Shown here: in pieces, positions 61,850 to 64,000 of the stretch
Numbering within the stretch: position 1 is the first letter of the stretch
How the letters are laid out: each line of letters begins with the position of its first letter
Assembly: GCA_000320545.1 (NCBI GenBank)
Contig: ADNK01000774.1
Location: 55,206-119,205 of the forward strand
Length of the DNA stretch: 64,000 nucleotides
DNA from: Bigelowiella natans CCMP2755
Lineage: Eukaryota > Protista > Cercozoa
Direction: 5' to 3'
The notes under the pieces: generated by a model
What the model was told of the DNA's origin: nothing
The model's database searches: none
What the model saw: the letters and a program-made list of their open reading frames with translations, nothing else
Made by a program: the position numbers and the translations under genes

Positions 61850-63596
61850 TGTTTGTGTTTGTGATTTGACGTCGGTCGGAAGGCATTCTGCTGCTGCTGC
61901 TAGTGCTGGTATTATTCGTGATACTACTACTACTACTACTACTACTTGTTGTGCTCTCACCCCTTTAAGATCTTGACCCATCTTCGCTCGGATTTCCGCC
62001 GGACTGAAGCGCCATTCTTGTATGAGCAGCCTACAACAATCAATATGATGCAACAATAGTGATATGAAGGAAGATGGATAAATATATGATACGACGACGA
62101 CGATACGATGGCTTTGAATTGAACGAGGAAGAATGCTCTTTAGTGCTTCTTCATACTCTTACTTGGTTATGGCGTTAAAGAGTGACTCATCTTTACATCA
62201 TCATCATCATCATCATCATCATCGTCGTCATCCTCGCCGTTCTTAGCGGTACCAGAACTCCTGTTTGTGGATGGCAAACCACGTCACAGCGTCGAATACG
62301 CCCAAGCCTCCAGCCATCTTAGTTCGCATCATACAAGGAAGAAGAAGTAGAAGCAGCACAGATATATCGGGTCAATTAATTGACGACTTTTTGCTGTGAA
62401 TATCGAAAACTGTATTCCGGACGAAGACAGTGATCAATGATGCTGAACGACACCGCCAAGACATCAAGTTCTAAAGTCTCAAGATACAGATCATCGGCAT
62501 GCTGCTAACATCCGCAAAAATACCCTCCTTATTTGAAATAGGTATTTTGTATAAACCAGCTAGATGATACATAGCAGTAAGGAATAGTGAGACTTTAAGA
62601 AAGAATAGTGAGGAGCTGCAGCAGTTTCATAGCACTCCCCCTCCCGGCGTCCTCGTGTGTATATTCGCATTTTGGGGATTTTATTCTTAAGGAGTTTATC
62701 GTTGAGAAGATTAAGAAGCAGCAGCAGCAGCAGCAGCAGCATTTGACATACCATAGCGAAGAGATACGAGATACTTCGGTTTTGAATGATGATGTATTCA
62801 TCGTTGGCAGCTGTGTCCTCAGTGAAAATGTAGTACAGCGCCACCCTGTTTTGATGATTATTGACGATGTTGTTATTGTTGTTATTGATGATGAAACTTA
62901 TCCATGACGTGCTCGCGTGTGCGCTCTAGTTTTTCTCGATTTTCAGATCTTAAAAGAGTCGAAGTGAAAAGGCAGCAAGCAACTAAGTCATAAATGTATA
63001 TCGGTCGTCGCGCATTTAATCTACCCGGCAGATATCCAGTAAATCGTGAACATTCCAGCATTCCATGTGAGCTATTGGAGTGTGTGAGGGAAAATGGCGC
63101 ATTGGGGATAGATGGCAGAGCATTTGATATGTTCCTCTCAATAGGAAGGAGAAAGAAAGTGCTCTCCACAGCAGGAAGGAGGAGAAAAAGGAGAGAAGGA
63201 GGGGGAAATAGAAGAAGAGTTGTTTCACAATAAACCACCAATCAAGTAAGATGTTATGACAGTAATACCCTTTACACTACTACTTTTTCTGCTCCTTGTA
63301 CAGCTACTGAATTTGTGGGAAAATGATGAGTGCCTACTACCACCACTACCACCACCTGTATTTAACACCACCACCACCACTATCATCTGCAGCAGCAGCA
63401 CCTTTCGTAGAGACTCCTTCCTCAAATCAGATGTCATCTTCAGGGTCTTGGACTCAAGATTTATCCTGCAAAGAAGTAATAGGAGGAGGAGGAGGAGGAG
63501 GAAAAGGAGGAGGAGGGGTATTTTACTTAGCTCGGAATAAAGATGGGTGACATTGTGAGGGGTAGGTCGTCGTGCTAGCCAACTGAAGGAGGTCAT
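56944..63596 (-). CDS. GPCR-PIPK-type fusion: receptor-like TM helices, LRx9GI linker and phosphatidylinositol-4-phosphate 5-kinase domain; many exons, 5' end uncertain
   Basis: PIPK motifs FRAYEWRRFAYLRDLWGI, SEGASGSFFFFTADKQYIVKT, YDLKGS, LKDND, MDYSLLVG, YYIGIIDVLQ and ISCVPPKPYQERF; stop at 56944-56946. Upstream exons give TM helices LTWNAGMFTIYWISAGVALYYIF and ISYLFAMMAGGLGVFDAVTWFAI, then LRREFIAQTTAGI. Confidence 0.85.
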
Positions 63597-64000
63597 CTTG
63601 ACTGATCATTCACACTCAACGTGGGTGACTCCACTAAATTGGAAAATTCTCGTCGACCGGCACTAGACTAATTTTTCTATCGTTCTGGTACCTTGTGTTT
63701 GTCCTCGAGATTTTTACGACAATCAAGAGTCGCTAATGTGTCGAGTGGCTTCATTGTGACTCAAAGAAAATCAACCCCTGGTCATTTGCATTAAAAATTT
63801 CCTGAAACCTACCCGATAGCCCTAGGTCACGCTTAAAACACGCCAAAGTGAAATTAACCCCCGATTTAAATCTAATTACAAAAATTGAAAGTTATGTCAT
63901 GTCAATCATTTTAGGAAATGTCGACTCATTCTCATAAGATTTTTTTGCAACTGAGATTTTTTGGGAAAAAAGTTGTCCTAAGGGCCTTTTTATTCTAAAA

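Noticed and set aside
62388-62504. Stop-free, phase-0, 117-nt AG/GT-bounded segment (QHADDLY...SQQK) as an extra PIPK-gene exon
   Set aside because: Including it would split the last TM helix, and the donor is weak. I treated it as intronic, although a cassette exon cannot be excluded without RNA data.
1-64000. rRNA, tRNA genes or autonomous transposons
   Set aside because: I recognised no rRNA or tRNA signatures and no transposase, reverse transcriptase or integrase motifs by eye. tRNAscan and Rfam were not run.

Overview
Intron-rich eukaryotic nuclear DNA with short GT-AG introns, abundant microsatellites and flagellum-associated genes. It looks like a flagellated protist, possibly a chlorarachniophyte or other rhizarian (inference only). 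I reconstructed 11 protein-coding genes by hand, in almost perfectly alternating orientation: TDA3-like FAD oxidoreductase (+, 5' partial), DRC10/IQCD (-), divergent PIMT-like methyltransferase (-), class II HDAC (+), cytosolic carboxypeptidase (-), RPL15 (+), a giant EGF/beta-sandwich type-I membrane protein (-), a SAM-domain protein (+), a giant G-alpha fusion (-), RABL2 (+) and a GPCR-PIP5K fusion (-). The main candidate for an undescribed system is the ~1570-aa G-alpha fusion. It joins a PH domain, an RGS domain nested inside a GYF_2 domain, a neurobeachin/LRBA-like solenoid and a complete heterotrimeric G-alpha domain, and lies two genes from a GPCR-PIP kinase carrying the LRx9GI signature. 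The second candidate is non-coding: a ~0.9 kb block where TpA survives only in CTAG, plus a ~45-bp dispersed motif found only in the purine/pyrimidine-alternating spacers between convergent genes. Together these hint at a targeted TA->CA/TG mutator. All gene models and counts were made by eye, without database searches.
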